From: a virus
Taxonomy: Duplodnaviria > Caudoviricetes
Virus record (IMG/VR): IMGVR_UViG_3300028797_000093
Strand: one strand, 5' to 3'
Length of the DNA stretch: 64,000 nt
In this document: positions 50,893 to 60,765 of the stretch, piece by piece
Layout: each line of letters begins with the position of its first letter
How positions within the stretch are numbered: the first letter of the stretch is position 1
Program-made: the position numbers and the translations under genes
Notes under the pieces: generated by a model
Seen by the model: the letters and a program-made list of their open reading frames with translations, nothing else
What the model was told of the DNA's origin: nothing
The model's database searches: none

Positions 50893-51183
50893 TTATTCAT
50901 CCACCTCGTTTTTATCACCAAAAATATTTTTGCTAGCTTGATTCCAATCAAAATATCTTTGCTCTATTCTAATAAATCTAGTAATACATAATAGCTCTAA
51001 TACAGATAATAAGATAACCAACCAAGTTATTCTTAATAGACTAACAGGAATAAGAGCTATTAGTATTATTCTTTCTATTTTCCATGTATTATCTATAGTC
51101 TTCCAACTACTATCTTCATCCTCTTCTTCTTTATTCTTCCAATTCTTTATGCGTGAAAACTTTATCTGTATATCATCTCTCAT
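50893..51183 (-). CDS. Small membrane protein, paralog of 51184..51474
   Basis: ERxxLIALIPxSLxR...LSxxEL two-helix segment shared. Confidence 0.7.
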   Translation of the reverse strand: MRDDIQIKFSRIKNWKNKEEEDEDSSWKTIDNTWKIERIILIALIPVSLLRITWLVILLSVLELLCITRFIRIEQRYFDWNQASKNIFGDKNEVDE

Positions 51184-51474
51184 TTATTCATCACCCTTAT
51201 CAATTTTATATTCCGTTTCACCTAAATAGGAAGATAATTCTCTCCAATTGTTTTCCTCTTCTTCTATTTCTTTATTTAGTTTATTCTTATATATAATAAG
51301 TCCTAGTTCTATTAGAGATAATATAATAAGTAATACTATCCATCTAAATAGACTAATAGGAATAAGAGCTATTAATACATATCTTTCTACCTTATTTGCT
51401 GTATCTAACTCTTCTCTTTTATGCATATACATATATATCTTATCTGCTGTATCTAACTCTTCTCTTTTATTCAT
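51184..51474 (-). CDS. Small membrane protein, paralog of 50893..51183
   Basis: Same segment; internal duplication KREELDTA x2. Confidence 0.7.
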   Translation of the reverse strand: MNKREELDTADKIYMYMHKREELDTANKVERYVLIALIPISLFRWIVLLIILSLIELGLIIYKNKLNKEIEEEENNWRELSSYLGETEYKIDKGDE

Positions 51475-51907
51475 AGATATAAATATCTATATTATTAATA
51501 TCATTAAAGTATTTAATAAGTATAGGTCTTACATCAGACCACTTCAATCCTCCTAGTCCACAACCCAGTTTAGGAATTGCTACAGATTCTATAATATTTT
51601 GGTTAGATAGCCAGAAATCTCTAAGCTTTCTACATCCTTCTTCTATCCATTCGATTCTAGAAGGATCTTTCCAATGATCTTTAGTAGCAAAGTTGATTAT
51701 TACAGTATGATCTTGAACTGTATAGTATATACCACCAGGTTTTAGAGCACCAGAATTACATACTACTTTATACGCTTCAAAATTGATAGGATACTTATAT
51801 TTAAAATCCAAAGCTAATCCTGCTCCCATAACTCCTTTACAGTTAACAGGGTTTATATAAGCATCATATTTAGTATCAAACATATTACCATGAACAAAAT
51901 GTATCAT
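51467..51907 (-). CDS. Macrodomain ADP-ribosylhydrolase (DarG/TARG1-like)
   Basis: NPVNCKGVMGAGLA...IINFATKDHWK...AIPKLGCGLGGLKW. Confidence 0.88.
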   Translation of the reverse strand: MIHFVHGNMFDTKYDAYINPVNCKGVMGAGLALDFKYKYPINFEAYKVVCNSGALKPGGIYYTVQDHTVIINFATKDHWKDPSRIEWIEEGCRKLRDFWLSNQNIIESVAIPKLGCGLGGLKWSDVRPILIKYFNDINNIDIYIYE

Positions 51908-52500
51908 ACTTCATCATCCTCGCCAGTATATGGAATATCATTAACTTGAAAATCTCCTGGCATAAATATATGATAGGTTCTAGGTTTTAAACCATTATTA
52001 AATCTTGTATATGGATTATTATTTCTAATCATATTACTAGTTTCATTTATAGCACTTTTTAAATCATCAATATCAAAATTAGGATTATAATCTTCATATG
52101 GATGATTCTCTTCATATATTTCTTTAAAAGTAGCTCCTATAGGAAGAGCTGCTTCACTAGTAGATACTACATCTAATACATCAATAAGATCTTCTGATAA
52201 AACAGCTGATCCTCTCTTTTCGTAATTTATACCACAAAGTCTTCCAACTGCTCTGCCATACTTATCAATAATAGAATCTTTATATTCAAGAACTTCTCTA
52301 TAACCATCATTAGCAGATTGTAGAGAGGCTATCTTTCTTTTCATATCTCTGCATTCTTCTACAGCAATTTCATAGTTATGGCTAAGAACTTCCAATTTAT
52401 TTTTCAGTAGTTCATTCTCTTCTTTTACTTTATCATACATTTTAGATTTTTCAAGAATATTGATCATAAATTCTCCAACTCTTCTATCAATTTCTTCCAT
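51904..52500 (-). CDS. Hypothetical coiled-coil protein
   Basis: 198 aa; AGGAGG SD. Confidence 0.65.
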   Translation of the reverse strand: MEEIDRRVGEFMINILEKSKMYDKVKEENELLKNKLEVLSHNYEIAVEECRDMKRKIASLQSANDGYREVLEYKDSIIDKYGRAVGRLCGINYEKRGSAVLSEDLIDVLDVVSTSEAALPIGATFKEIYEENHPYEDYNPNFDIDDLKSAINETSNMIRNNNPYTRFNNGLKPRTYHIFMPGDFQVNDIPYTGEDDEV

Positions 52501-52572
52501 AAATATATAAACCTCCTATTAAATATAATGGATAGTAATAGAATATTTATTCATCAAAAATAACATTATAGT

Positions 52573-52701
52573 AATATTTAAGGTTTCTATATAATTGGCG
52601 GTTGCGGATGGCACGAGTGCGGGATGTTGGTTACAACCAAAAAGGAAATAGAAATAAAAAGATTGGAGCTCACAAAGCTAGTGGGCTCCAATCTCATTTT
52701 T
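52573..52701 (+). ncRNA. Putative ~130-nt small RNA
   Basis: AACATTATAGTA promoter at 52562-52573; GC-rich core closed by TTTCTAT/ATAGAAA; terminator 52661-52701. Confidence 0.4.
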
Positions 52702-52704
52702 ATA

Positions 52705-53499
52705 TTATATCTTTCTAACAGGTTTTACTTTACCTATTTTCTTTGTTGTTGGTACATTCTTAATCCTACCAACAGTAGATATATTCTTAACTTTATTCTT
52801 ATTAGTATTTTCTTCTTCAGGAGCAGGAGTATTATCCTTCTCCTGTTGTTTCTGTCGTTTTTCTTCTAATCTTTTCTTTTTCTGAAGCTCTCTTTCAAGA
52901 TCTTGTCTTGTAGTGAGCTTCTTATCCATATCTTCAAATTCTTTAATGAATTTTGATCTATTATATTCTTCCCCATATGCTTTGTATATATATTTTTGAA
53001 ACAGCTGTTTTAAATTCATAAACAGATATGCAAAATATAGAGTTTTTACATATCCAACTACGCCAGCTGGGTTTCTGATATGCTTATCATCTTTATAAAC
53101 AGCTTTAGGAACTTTAGATTTAAGTTCATCTACAAATAAATCTTTCTCCATAAATACATGTAGATACGTATAGAAGAAAGCAGGATCATCTGAATAGAAC
53201 TGAACTCTATAGTTGTTTAGATTCTGTTCTCCTTTATTAACCTTCTTATCTATAGGTAAGAATTTAATTACTACATCGTAGTAAAAATTCTCTACAGTCT
53301 CAGAAGGCATCTTCATATAACAGAAGTAATGATCATTCCTATCATCGTAGTATAATTTATAGTATATATTACCAGCTTCTCTTAATAGAAGCTTATCAAA
53401 CTTTTCTGTGTATTCTTTTTTATATACATCTCTTCCAGAGAATATGGAAGAGCCTCTTCCCATGGGATTATTTATATATTGTTTAAAGGTCATTTCCAT
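52705..53499 (-). CDS. Hypothetical protein
   Basis: 264 aa; basic C-terminal tail; GGGAG SD. Confidence 0.7.
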   Translation of the reverse strand: MEMTFKQYINNPMGRGSSIFSGRDVYKKEYTEKFDKLLLREAGNIYYKLYYDDRNDHYFCYMKMPSETVENFYYDVVIKFLPIDKKVNKGEQNLNNYRVQFYSDDPAFFYTYLHVFMEKDLFVDELKSKVPKAVYKDDKHIRNPAGVVGYVKTLYFAYLFMNLKQLFQKYIYKAYGEEYNRSKFIKEFEDMDKKLTTRQDLERELQKKKRLEEKRQKQQEKDNTPAPEEENTNKNKVKNISTVGRIKNVPTTKKIGKVKPVRKI

Positions 53500-53592
53500 A
53501 ATAAGAACTTCTCCCTTACATTAACTCTTTTAATATAAAGTTAAATATACTATCATTAGGTACTATAGCCTTCTTTTTAATCTGATTAGGTC

Positions 53593-53604
53593 AACATTTT
53601 GATA
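53593..53604 (+). promoter_or_regulatory. Late promoter AACA-N6-TA
   Basis: AACATTTTGATA upstream of terminase. Confidence 0.65.
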
Positions 53605-53635
53605 ATAAATAAACTCGATAGAAAGGAGAAGGATT

Positions 53636-55879
53636 ATGGTTAGTTACGGTAAGCAAGAAGTAAGAGTCTATTACCAGAAAAGTACTAAAAATAAATCCTT
53701 CATTGAAATATATTCTTATCTCAAAAGCCAAGGGATAGAAAACTGTAAGTTCCACTTACAGCTATTCGATCCAGCTCTGGCAGCTATTGATCCTCATGAT
53801 CCTAACTTGTCTTATGATATGAAGCTTAGGGTTTTGAGAGAATGTAGATTTAACTATTGGTATTTTGTTCGAGAAGTTGTAAGGATACCATCTTCAGGTA
53901 CTAATAGAGGTATCATGTATGAGCTCAATAGGGCAAACTTAGCTCTATCCTTCTGCTGCTCAATGAACCTTAATATATTTGAAGAGATTCCTCGTCAGTG
54001 TGGTAAGACCACTGCAGTTCTTACATGGATTCTATGGCTGTTTAACTTTGGTACTGATAATGCAGAGATTAGCTTCCTGAATAAGAGACTACAAGATGCT
54101 ACTTATAACCTAGGTGAGCTTAAAGGAATTAGAGATCTACTTCCTGAGTATCTTAAGATGAACTCTACATATACTACAGATGGTAAGAAGATTAAACCTA
54201 GAAGTAATGTAGAGACTATACAGCATCCATTTAATGGTAATATCATTCGTACTGTTGCATCAGCAAGAAACCAAACTTCTGCTGCATCGCTAATGAGAGG
54301 TAGAACTGTACCTATTATATACGCAGACGAATGGGCATTCGTACCATATAACTATGTAATCTATCCTAATATGGTTCCTGCATTTATGACTGCAGCAAAC
54401 TATGCTAGAGCTAATGGTAAACCTTCAGGTATGATTATTACAACAACTCCTGGTGTACTTACTACCGATGAAGGTCTTTATGCATTCCATCAGAAAGATG
54501 CTGCTACTCAATTTAATGAGAAAATTTTCTATGGTGCTAATTATCAACAGTTGATGGATATCATCAACTCAAATCAAAATAGCAACTTTGTATATATCAA
54601 ATTTACTTATCAGCAACTTGGTAAGAGTGAGCAATGGTTTAAACAAATCTGTATCAATATGCAGTTGGATTGGCCTGCTATTAGAAGAGAGATTCTTCTA
54701 GAGTGGTCTCAGTCCAATAGTAACTGCCCATTCTCCCAGGAAGATCTTGATATTATTAAGTCTCTTGTTAAGAATCCTATAAACACTATGGTATTCTTTA
54801 ACAAGTTTAGCTTTAATATCTATGAGCAGCTTAATAACTTTAATCTAAATAGATATCCTCCGCTGATTGGTGTTGACGTATCTGGAGGTTATAATAAGGA
54901 TAGTTCTGCTATAACTATAGTAGATAGTTATACAACAAAGGTTGTAGCAGATTTCAATTGCAACTATATATCTACACCAGAACTAGCATCTCTACTTATG
55001 GAACTGGTTAAGTATCTTCCTAATGCTGTTATTAATATAGAGCGAAATGGTGGATATGGAGCCAGTGTACTAGCTAAACTGGTTAGATCTTCTATTAAAA
55101 GAAATCTATGGTACACTATAGAAGATAGAGTACTGGAAGAGAGATTTGGTGGAACTGGTCCTGTACAAAGAAGATCTCAAAAGATTAGAGTATACGGATC
55201 TGATTCCAGTAAGAGAAAAAGAGATGAATTAATAGAAATTCTAAGAGATAGAGTAGAGTATCATAAAGATAAAATTGTGTCTCCTATACTGTATAATGAA
55301 CTATGTGGTATGGAGATAAAAAAGAATGGTAAAGTAGAGCATTCTATAAACTCACATGATGACGGAATCTTCTCGTGGCTCTGGGCTCTTTATATGTATT
55401 ACTCCGGTTCTGACCTTAAGACTAACTGGGGTATTGAGAGAAGAGTATTAAAAACAGATGCTGATCTTGAAGAAGCTGTATTTGGTATTGATGATAATAA
55501 AGAAGATATAATTCAGGATATTGATCTTATAGAAGATGAGCAAGTAGAAGAACAGCTAAAAACTATTAAAGCAACCAGTGCTGTTCTATATGAGGATTGG
55601 GTAAAGTCTGAACATGAGAAAGATGAACAGGCTATGCAAAAGATCCTTGCTACTAAGCTAGGAAGAATGGCTTATCAACAGAAATATAATGCTGTTCTTA
55701 CTGAAGATCAAACTAGAATTACTACTATACCAGATGAAGTATTCAATCCAGCTTATGGATTAGATGATGATGATGAGTATTATAATCCTAATGTGGGTAA
55801 TATGAATAACATGTCTAAGAAATCTCTAGCTGATCAGTTTGATGCTTTCATGGCTGGTAATCTTACTAATAAATTCTAA
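53636..55879 (+). CDS. terL: Terminase large subunit
   Basis: Walker A IPRQCGKTT, Walker B IIYADEWAF, coupling motif ITTTP, nuclease IGVDVSGG...HDD. Confidence 0.92.
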   Translation: MVSYGKQEVRVYYQKSTKNKSFIEIYSYLKSQGIENCKFHLQLFDPALAAIDPHDPNLSYDMKLRVLRECRFNYWYFVREVVRIPSSGTNRGIMYELNRANLALSFCCSMNLNIFEEIPRQCGKTTAVLTWILWLFNFGTDNAEISFLNKRLQDATYNLGELKGIRDLLPEYLKMNSTYTTDGKKIKPRSNVETIQHPFNGNIIRTVASARNQTSAASLMRGRTVPIIYADEWAFVPYNYVIYPNMVPAFMTAANYARANGKPSGMIITTTPGVLTTDEGLYAFHQKDAATQFNEKIFYGANYQQLMDIINSNQNSNFVYIKFTYQQLGKSEQWFKQICINMQLDWPAIRREILLEWSQSNSNCPFSQEDLDIIKSLVKNPINTMVFFNKFSFNIYEQLNNFNLNRYPPLIGVDVSGGYNKDSSAITIVDSYTTKVVADFNCNYISTPELASLLMELVKYLPNAVINIERNGGYGASVLAKLVRSSIKRNLWYTIEDRVLEERFGGTGPVQRRSQKIRVYGSDSSKRKRDELIEILRDRVEYHKDKIVSPILYNELCGMEIKKNGKVEHSINSHDDGIFSWLWALYMYYSGSDLKTNWGIERRVLKTDADLEEAVFGIDDNKEDIIQDIDLIEDEQVEEQLKTIKATSAVLYEDWVKSEHEKDEQAMQKILATKLGRMAYQQKYNAVLTEDQTRITTIPDEVFNPAYGLDDDDEYYNPNVGNMNNMSKKSLADQFDAFMAGNLTNKF

Positions 55880-55909
55880 AAAAATAAACTGGGATTTGGA
55901 GAGGGGTGA

Positions 55910-56140
55910 TTAACCCCTCTCCTTTTTCAGCTTCCGGTTGCAGTAGCACCAGAAGCAGAAATTGTTGATGCCAACGGTGCAAAATGCCATGCTGAAAGAC
56001 ATGGCAGTTACTACGAGGCCTTCCTCGTGAATGATATGTCCCAAAACAGCGATGAGCATAATCATCGCAGACACAAGAGCATTGCCCAGAGTTTTGCTGG
56101 ATGCAAGTTCTTTGTTTTCTTTAGTGATAGCATACTTCAT
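55910..56140 (-). CDS. GC-rich small two-helix membrane protein (cassette cargo)
   Basis: Two hydrophobic segments; leader shared with 9324..9599. Confidence 0.65.
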   Translation of the reverse strand: MKYAITKENKELASSKTLGNALVSAMIMLIAVLGHIIHEEGLVVTAMSFSMAFCTVGINNFCFWCYCNRKLKKERG

Positions 56141-56251
56141 TTTATTATCCCCTTCTGGTTTTAACGAGTATCCTTCTCTTTATTTTTATTTAATTGAATA
56201 CATTATAGTAGAGAGTGAGCTGAATGTTACTCGACTCACTCTCTAAGGCTA

Positions 56252-56425
56252 TCAGGCCTTCATTTTATTACTGTTCCCAGAATAACAATTACTGGTTATA
56301 GGGAATCGAACTCCAGGATTCTTGAATAGTTCATAGTATTCTTGCTGGAGTTTATATTTTTCCAGTTCTTTGTTATCAGGACCAGTTACTCTGACAGTTC
56401 TTTCGAACTTTTCAGAGAGCTTCAT
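56252..56425 (-). CDS. Small protein of 4-copy paralog family (divergent copy)
   Basis: LSEKFERTVRVTGPDNKELEKYKLQQEY; same promoter/hairpin/GGAGGTGA leader at 56426-56540. Confidence 0.65.
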   Translation of the reverse strand: MKLSEKFERTVRVTGPDNKELEKYKLQQEYYELFKNPGVRFPITSNCYSGNSNKMKA

Positions 56426-56585
56426 GTATCTCACCTCCTTTCAGAGTTGGGATACAAGTTAGATAGTATCTGTTGCTGCAGATACTATCTATACTTATTC
56501 AATACTATATTATATAACTATAAATATCGACTTTTACAAATAACAAAAAAGAAAGGGATAGGTAATTCTACCTATCCCTATTATA

Positions 56586-56960
56586 TTATTTCAAATAACC
56601 ATCTTGAATAGTAATTCCAATATTCTCTTCACAATATGTTTTATATTTTCCACATATAGGATCAAGCACTTCTCCATTTTCATCTGGCTCTCTTGTATAC
56701 TCTGAGTATTCAGTCAAGATAGATGGACAGTTCTCTTCTACCCATTCTCTCTTAGCAGTTATGAAGAAGTATATATCCATTACATATGGAACCAATATAA
56801 CACATAGTTTATTTTCTTTTACCCAGTCTTCATCTTGGAATACGGATTTATTATCTTTCTCACCAAGCATCCAACTAATATAAGGTTCCTCTTCAGGATA
56901 GTACCAATCATTCAAATAGAAGTATACTACATCATTCATTATCTTCCTCTTCATCATCAT
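56586..56960 (-). CDS. Hypothetical protein, paralog of 56932..57405
   Basis: DVxYFxLNxW...WxKxNKxCV...TAxREWVExNC shared. Confidence 0.7.
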   Translation of the reverse strand: MMMKRKIMNDVVYFYLNDWYYPEEEPYISWMLGEKDNKSVFQDEDWVKENKLCVILVPYVMDIYFFITAKREWVEENCPSILTEYSEYTREPDENGEVLDPICGKYKTYCEENIGITIQDGYLK

Positions 56961-57405
56961 CTATATCATAAGGCTGTTGATAGAAATGAGCGCCAAAGTT
57001 ATCTTCTTCATATTCTAAGAACGGCCAACTGTCTACTTTACTATACACTTCATCAGGATATTTAGGATCACTTGGATAACTCAAGAAATCAGAATATTTC
57101 TTACTGTGTTCTTTTATAGTATCTTCACCTTTATAATGAATAATTGTCTTATAAGTATAACTCTCATCTGTTAACAATTGTGAACAATTCTTCTCTACCC
57201 ATTCCCTTGTAGCTGTAACTATATAGTTATCAGACATGTCTATCATTCCATATCTGACACAGATCTTATTCTTTTTACACCAGTCATCATCTGATAATTG
57301 ATGTGTTCTAATCCAACTATCAAAAGGTTCTCCAGGAGGATAATTTCTTCCTCTAAACCAATTGTTTAATTCAAAGTATATTACATCAGTTCCCAAAGTA
57401 CTCAA
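56932..57405 (-). CDS. Hypothetical protein, paralog of 56586..56960
   Basis: Same shared motifs as 56586..56960. Confidence 0.7.
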   Translation of the reverse strand: MSTLGTDVIYFELNNWFRGRNYPPGEPFDSWIRTHQLSDDDWCKKNKICVRYGMIDMSDNYIVTATREWVEKNCSQLLTDESYTYKTIIHYKGEDTIKEHSKKYSDFLSYPSDPKYPDEVYSKVDSWPFLEYEEDNFGAHFYQQPYDIDDDEEEDNE

Positions 57406-58216
57406 CCCTCTGTATCTTCAATAGGACAACCAGAATCCCAATAATCAGAATCTGGATCTTCTATCTCTTTCTCAGTAATCTCATATCCAGGATATCCATT
57501 TGCCCAATCTTCATCATTTGGTTCTCCATCATATTCAGCACCAGTAAACTGATTATAGTCAAATTGATCTCTAATAATCACAATATTTTCAGTTACATCA
57601 GGATTCTCTGTATCATAGAAAGATAATACATCAATATTATTAACTGTATTCTGTTCTCCAATATTGGAGATAAATGCTACATTAATATCACCATATTCTT
57701 CTTTATATTTTTGAAGAATATTCATCACTTCACTGATCTTCATTCTCTGCTTCCTCCTCTTCTTTCTTCTTTAAAGTACTATAATCAAATTTATTTTTTA
57801 AGTTAATAAACACATTAAATCCTACATGATCTCCATTATCATCATTAACAGATACAGCACATAAATCAATATTACAAATCTGATTAGTAATACCATTATC
57901 AGAAGTATATATCACAGGAATATCTCCAAACATCTTTTCATATTGAGATAATGTTTTTAATAATTCAGAAAGTCCTATTGGTTTGTCCATAAGAATATTC
58001 CTTTCTATTTTATTCTATATATCCAAGAAATGCAATTGTGGTCTCTTTATGATTTTCATCTATATCTTTATTTGTAATCTGTAGTGTTAATGTGTCTTCT
58101 ACAGCTGTAAATTTATAATCCTCTTCACTATTTTGAATTACGATCATTGCTGGGCAATCACCATATTGATTGATATGGTCATTAAGTCTTTTTACCAATT
58201 CACTAATAAGAATCAT
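57402..58216 (-). CDS. Three small paralogous proteins (57402..57743, 57730..57990, 58010..58216)
   Basis: Each begins (I/L)SE(L/V)xxxLxxxxxx(Y/F)GDxx. Confidence 0.6.
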
Positions 58217-58318
58217 AATAAGCTCCCCTTTCTATTAGTCGTCTATATGATATATGATTAAATTACATATTAATAAAAGAAATATAATTCTCATCATAAA
58301 GGAGATATCTATATAGCT

Positions 58319-59074
58319 ATGAATAGAATGGAACAGCTTTTAAATAAAATAGAACGTAGATTAGGAACCAGACTCCTAAATCTACCTAAAGAAATTGCTA
58401 AAGATACATGGGCAGATGTAATAGATGAAGATACTCTTTCTACATTCTCTAGATATTTTCCAAATGATATTTTATATCTTCTAGATATTAATACACCTAA
58501 AAAGAATGGTTGGTACTTAATTGATGAAGAAAAAATAAACTCTGCAGAGATTATTGGTGTTGGTGATATTGACTTTAGTGTATTGTCCAAGACTTCTATA
58601 TATGGATCTGTTCAATATGGATATCTAGATACTATTGCTACATCATATGGTATTGATGACGTATTTAGATTCCAAGCTCTTAGTGATCTTACTTCAATAT
58701 TCCAGAACAATCTATATTTAGAGTTTAAAGCACCTAATATGGTAAAGATTACAGACTCTGTTAATATTGATAATATTAAGAGTCTAAGGACAGTTCCTAT
58801 CCGTCTATTCACTAAACATCCTAAGAATCTAATGACTATCAGTCAAACTCAGATGGAAACATTTGAACAACTAGCAATCTGTGATGTTGCCAGCTATCTA
58901 TATGAGAATCTTAAACTGTTTGATGGTCTTGAAAATGTATATGCTAATATAGATCTTAAATTACAAGATCTACAAGAGAAAGCCAGTAGAAGAGATGAGA
59001 TAGTACAGAAGCTGGATGATGCTCATGTCAGCTTTGCTAACAATATGTATCAACCAATGATACTTACAGTATAA
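58319..59074 (+). CDS. Putative neck / head-tail adaptor protein
   Basis: 251 aa; LLNKIERRLG N-terminus; TACA-N6-TA promoter variant upstream; assignment from recalled jumbo-phage homologs. Confidence 0.45.
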   Translation: MNRMEQLLNKIERRLGTRLLNLPKEIAKDTWADVIDEDTLSTFSRYFPNDILYLLDINTPKKNGWYLIDEEKINSAEIIGVGDIDFSVLSKTSIYGSVQYGYLDTIATSYGIDDVFRFQALSDLTSIFQNNLYLEFKAPNMVKITDSVNIDNIKSLRTVPIRLFTKHPKNLMTISQTQMETFEQLAICDVASYLYENLKLFDGLENVYANIDLKLQDLQEKASRRDEIVQKLDDAHVSFANNMYQPMILTV

Positions 59075-59201
59075 AAAGTAAAAAATCAAATTACATCCAT
59101 ATCCACCGTATTATAAAATACTCAATAGTATTTTATATAATTGAAAAAATCGACTTTTACAAAATTGAGAATAGAGGGTATTTTGCCCTCTATTCTCTTA
59201 T

Positions 59202-59837
59202 TTATATAGCTTCAAATACTCTGGAAACTAAATGATTTATTCTATCATAATCTCCACATGGATATACAATAATCTCTATATATCCTTTTTGTGGATCATT
59301 TGGTTCTTCTTTATTTGGAACTATGTTGTTAATAAATGGAGCTAATGCTAGAAAGAGTAGATTATTCTTAATTCCATTAGGAAAAGTTAAAAATATCATA
59401 TAATCTTTAGCATCATTAGGATCTTCTGACTTCTCTACTAAAAAGTTTCTGATCTCTTTTGGAATCCATGCACTTTTTAGTACTTTATATTCCATGAGTT
59501 TAGTCATTAGAGAAGTATCATATTTTTCTGAATTTACAGTTTCACCTGATAGAGTTAAATACTCTAATATAGTAGGTATATGATTACTCTCTATAATATC
59601 TCTTATCATATCTTTATTAGTCTCAGAAACTATATGATCACAATAATCTTTATTTACTATAACAGTTCCTTCTTGTCCTCTTTCATTAGCAATCTTTAAA
59701 ATCATATCTCCAGGTTCTGGAAATTGTTTTTTCTGTCTAATAGCTTCTCTTATCATCTCAGTAGTCTTCTTTTCTGAAATTACAGATAGAAGTTCTGATA
59801 CATTTTCATACAATGGAAATCCTTGAGATAGGTCCAT
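59202..59837 (-). CDS. Hypothetical protein
   Basis: 211 aa with SD. Confidence 0.65.
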   Translation of the reverse strand: MDLSQGFPLYENVSELLSVISEKKTTEMIREAIRQKKQFPEPGDMILKIANERGQEGTVIVNKDYCDHIVSETNKDMIRDIIESNHIPTILEYLTLSGETVNSEKYDTSLMTKLMEYKVLKSAWIPKEIRNFLVEKSEDPNDAKDYMIFLTFPNGIKNNLLFLALAPFINNIVPNKEEPNDPQKGYIEIIVYPCGDYDRINHLVSRVFEAI

Positions 59838-59864
59838 ATGATAAACTCAATCCTTTCCATATGA

Positions 59865-60662
59865 TTATTCTAAACTTTCTATAGATTGAGCAGTCTTACT
59901 ACTTGGTAGTAATCTCCTGATAGACTCTTTTCTATTATTATTGTTTTGTTTAATATCTGTTCTCTCCCACACATTATCACTATCATTATCTTCTGTTGTG
60001 AAAGAATATAGAAAAGACCCAAGTTCAGGTCTTCCAAGATAATTTAACATAAGCTGAGCAGATTCATACATATTAATGCTATCTATAATATATTTAAAAC
60101 CCATAAATCTATTAAGAGTTAATCTGATTCCAAAACTATCAGAAAAACCCATAAATATACCTGGCTCTTTATCATCAACACCTGTAGGTCTTTCTACTAT
60201 TATAGGTTTAAACTCTATATAAGTTCCTCCAGGTAACTGACTTATAATGTAACTAGGAGTTGGAGATGTCATAATTAATTTTCCATTTCTAGTTGCATAT
60301 AGTCCTTCATATTGTTTATCATTAAACCAACTAAATACTGCTTGTAATCCAATCCTTATAGATAATATATCTTGCACTTTAATGGGAACAAATATTCTAT
60401 CTTCACCGTTTCTTCTATAATAAGTCTCTAGACTTAGATAATAATCAAAACTTCTTCTAATAGTCTTTAAATAATTATAAGAAGTTTTATTTGAAGGATA
60501 TTTGAACTCTTTATGAAAACCGCTTCTTCTACCTGTCTCTTTATCATAGTGTGCTAATATTACATTAAATCTTAATAGAAGATTACTGGATAACCAATAA
60601 AGATCATCAGTCATCTTTTCATAAGATGAATAAACCAACGGATCTATCAAAGAAGATGGCAT
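59865..60662 (-). CDS. Hypothetical protein
   Basis: 265 aa; AAGGAGG SD; early-type promoter upstream. Confidence 0.7.
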   Translation of the reverse strand: MPSSLIDPLVYSSYEKMTDDLYWLSSNLLLRFNVILAHYDKETGRRSGFHKEFKYPSNKTSYNYLKTIRRSFDYYLSLETYYRRNGEDRIFVPIKVQDILSIRIGLQAVFSWFNDKQYEGLYATRNGKLIMTSPTPSYIISQLPGGTYIEFKPIIVERPTGVDDKEPGIFMGFSDSFGIRLTLNRFMGFKYIIDSINMYESAQLMLNYLGRPELGSFLYSFTTEDNDSDNVWERTDIKQNNNNRKESIRRLLPSSKTAQSIESLE

Positions 60663-60765
60663 AATAATATACCCTCCTTTTATTCTTATTAATCTTATAT
60701 TATATAACTAATAAAAAATAATCCCCCACCAAATTAATGGTGAGGGACTATTTTTGCTGAGGAAA

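Noticed and set aside
52590-52660. tRNA
   Set aside because: No T-loop GTTC, D-loop or cloverleaf spacing
59085-59165. Fifth, vestigial copy of the early cassette (promoter-like TTTGTAAAAGTCG...TATAT followed by ATGGATGTAA on minus strand)
   Set aside because: Promoter similarity is visible but there is no SD, leader hairpin or ORF; the match to the SMDV end is too short to support
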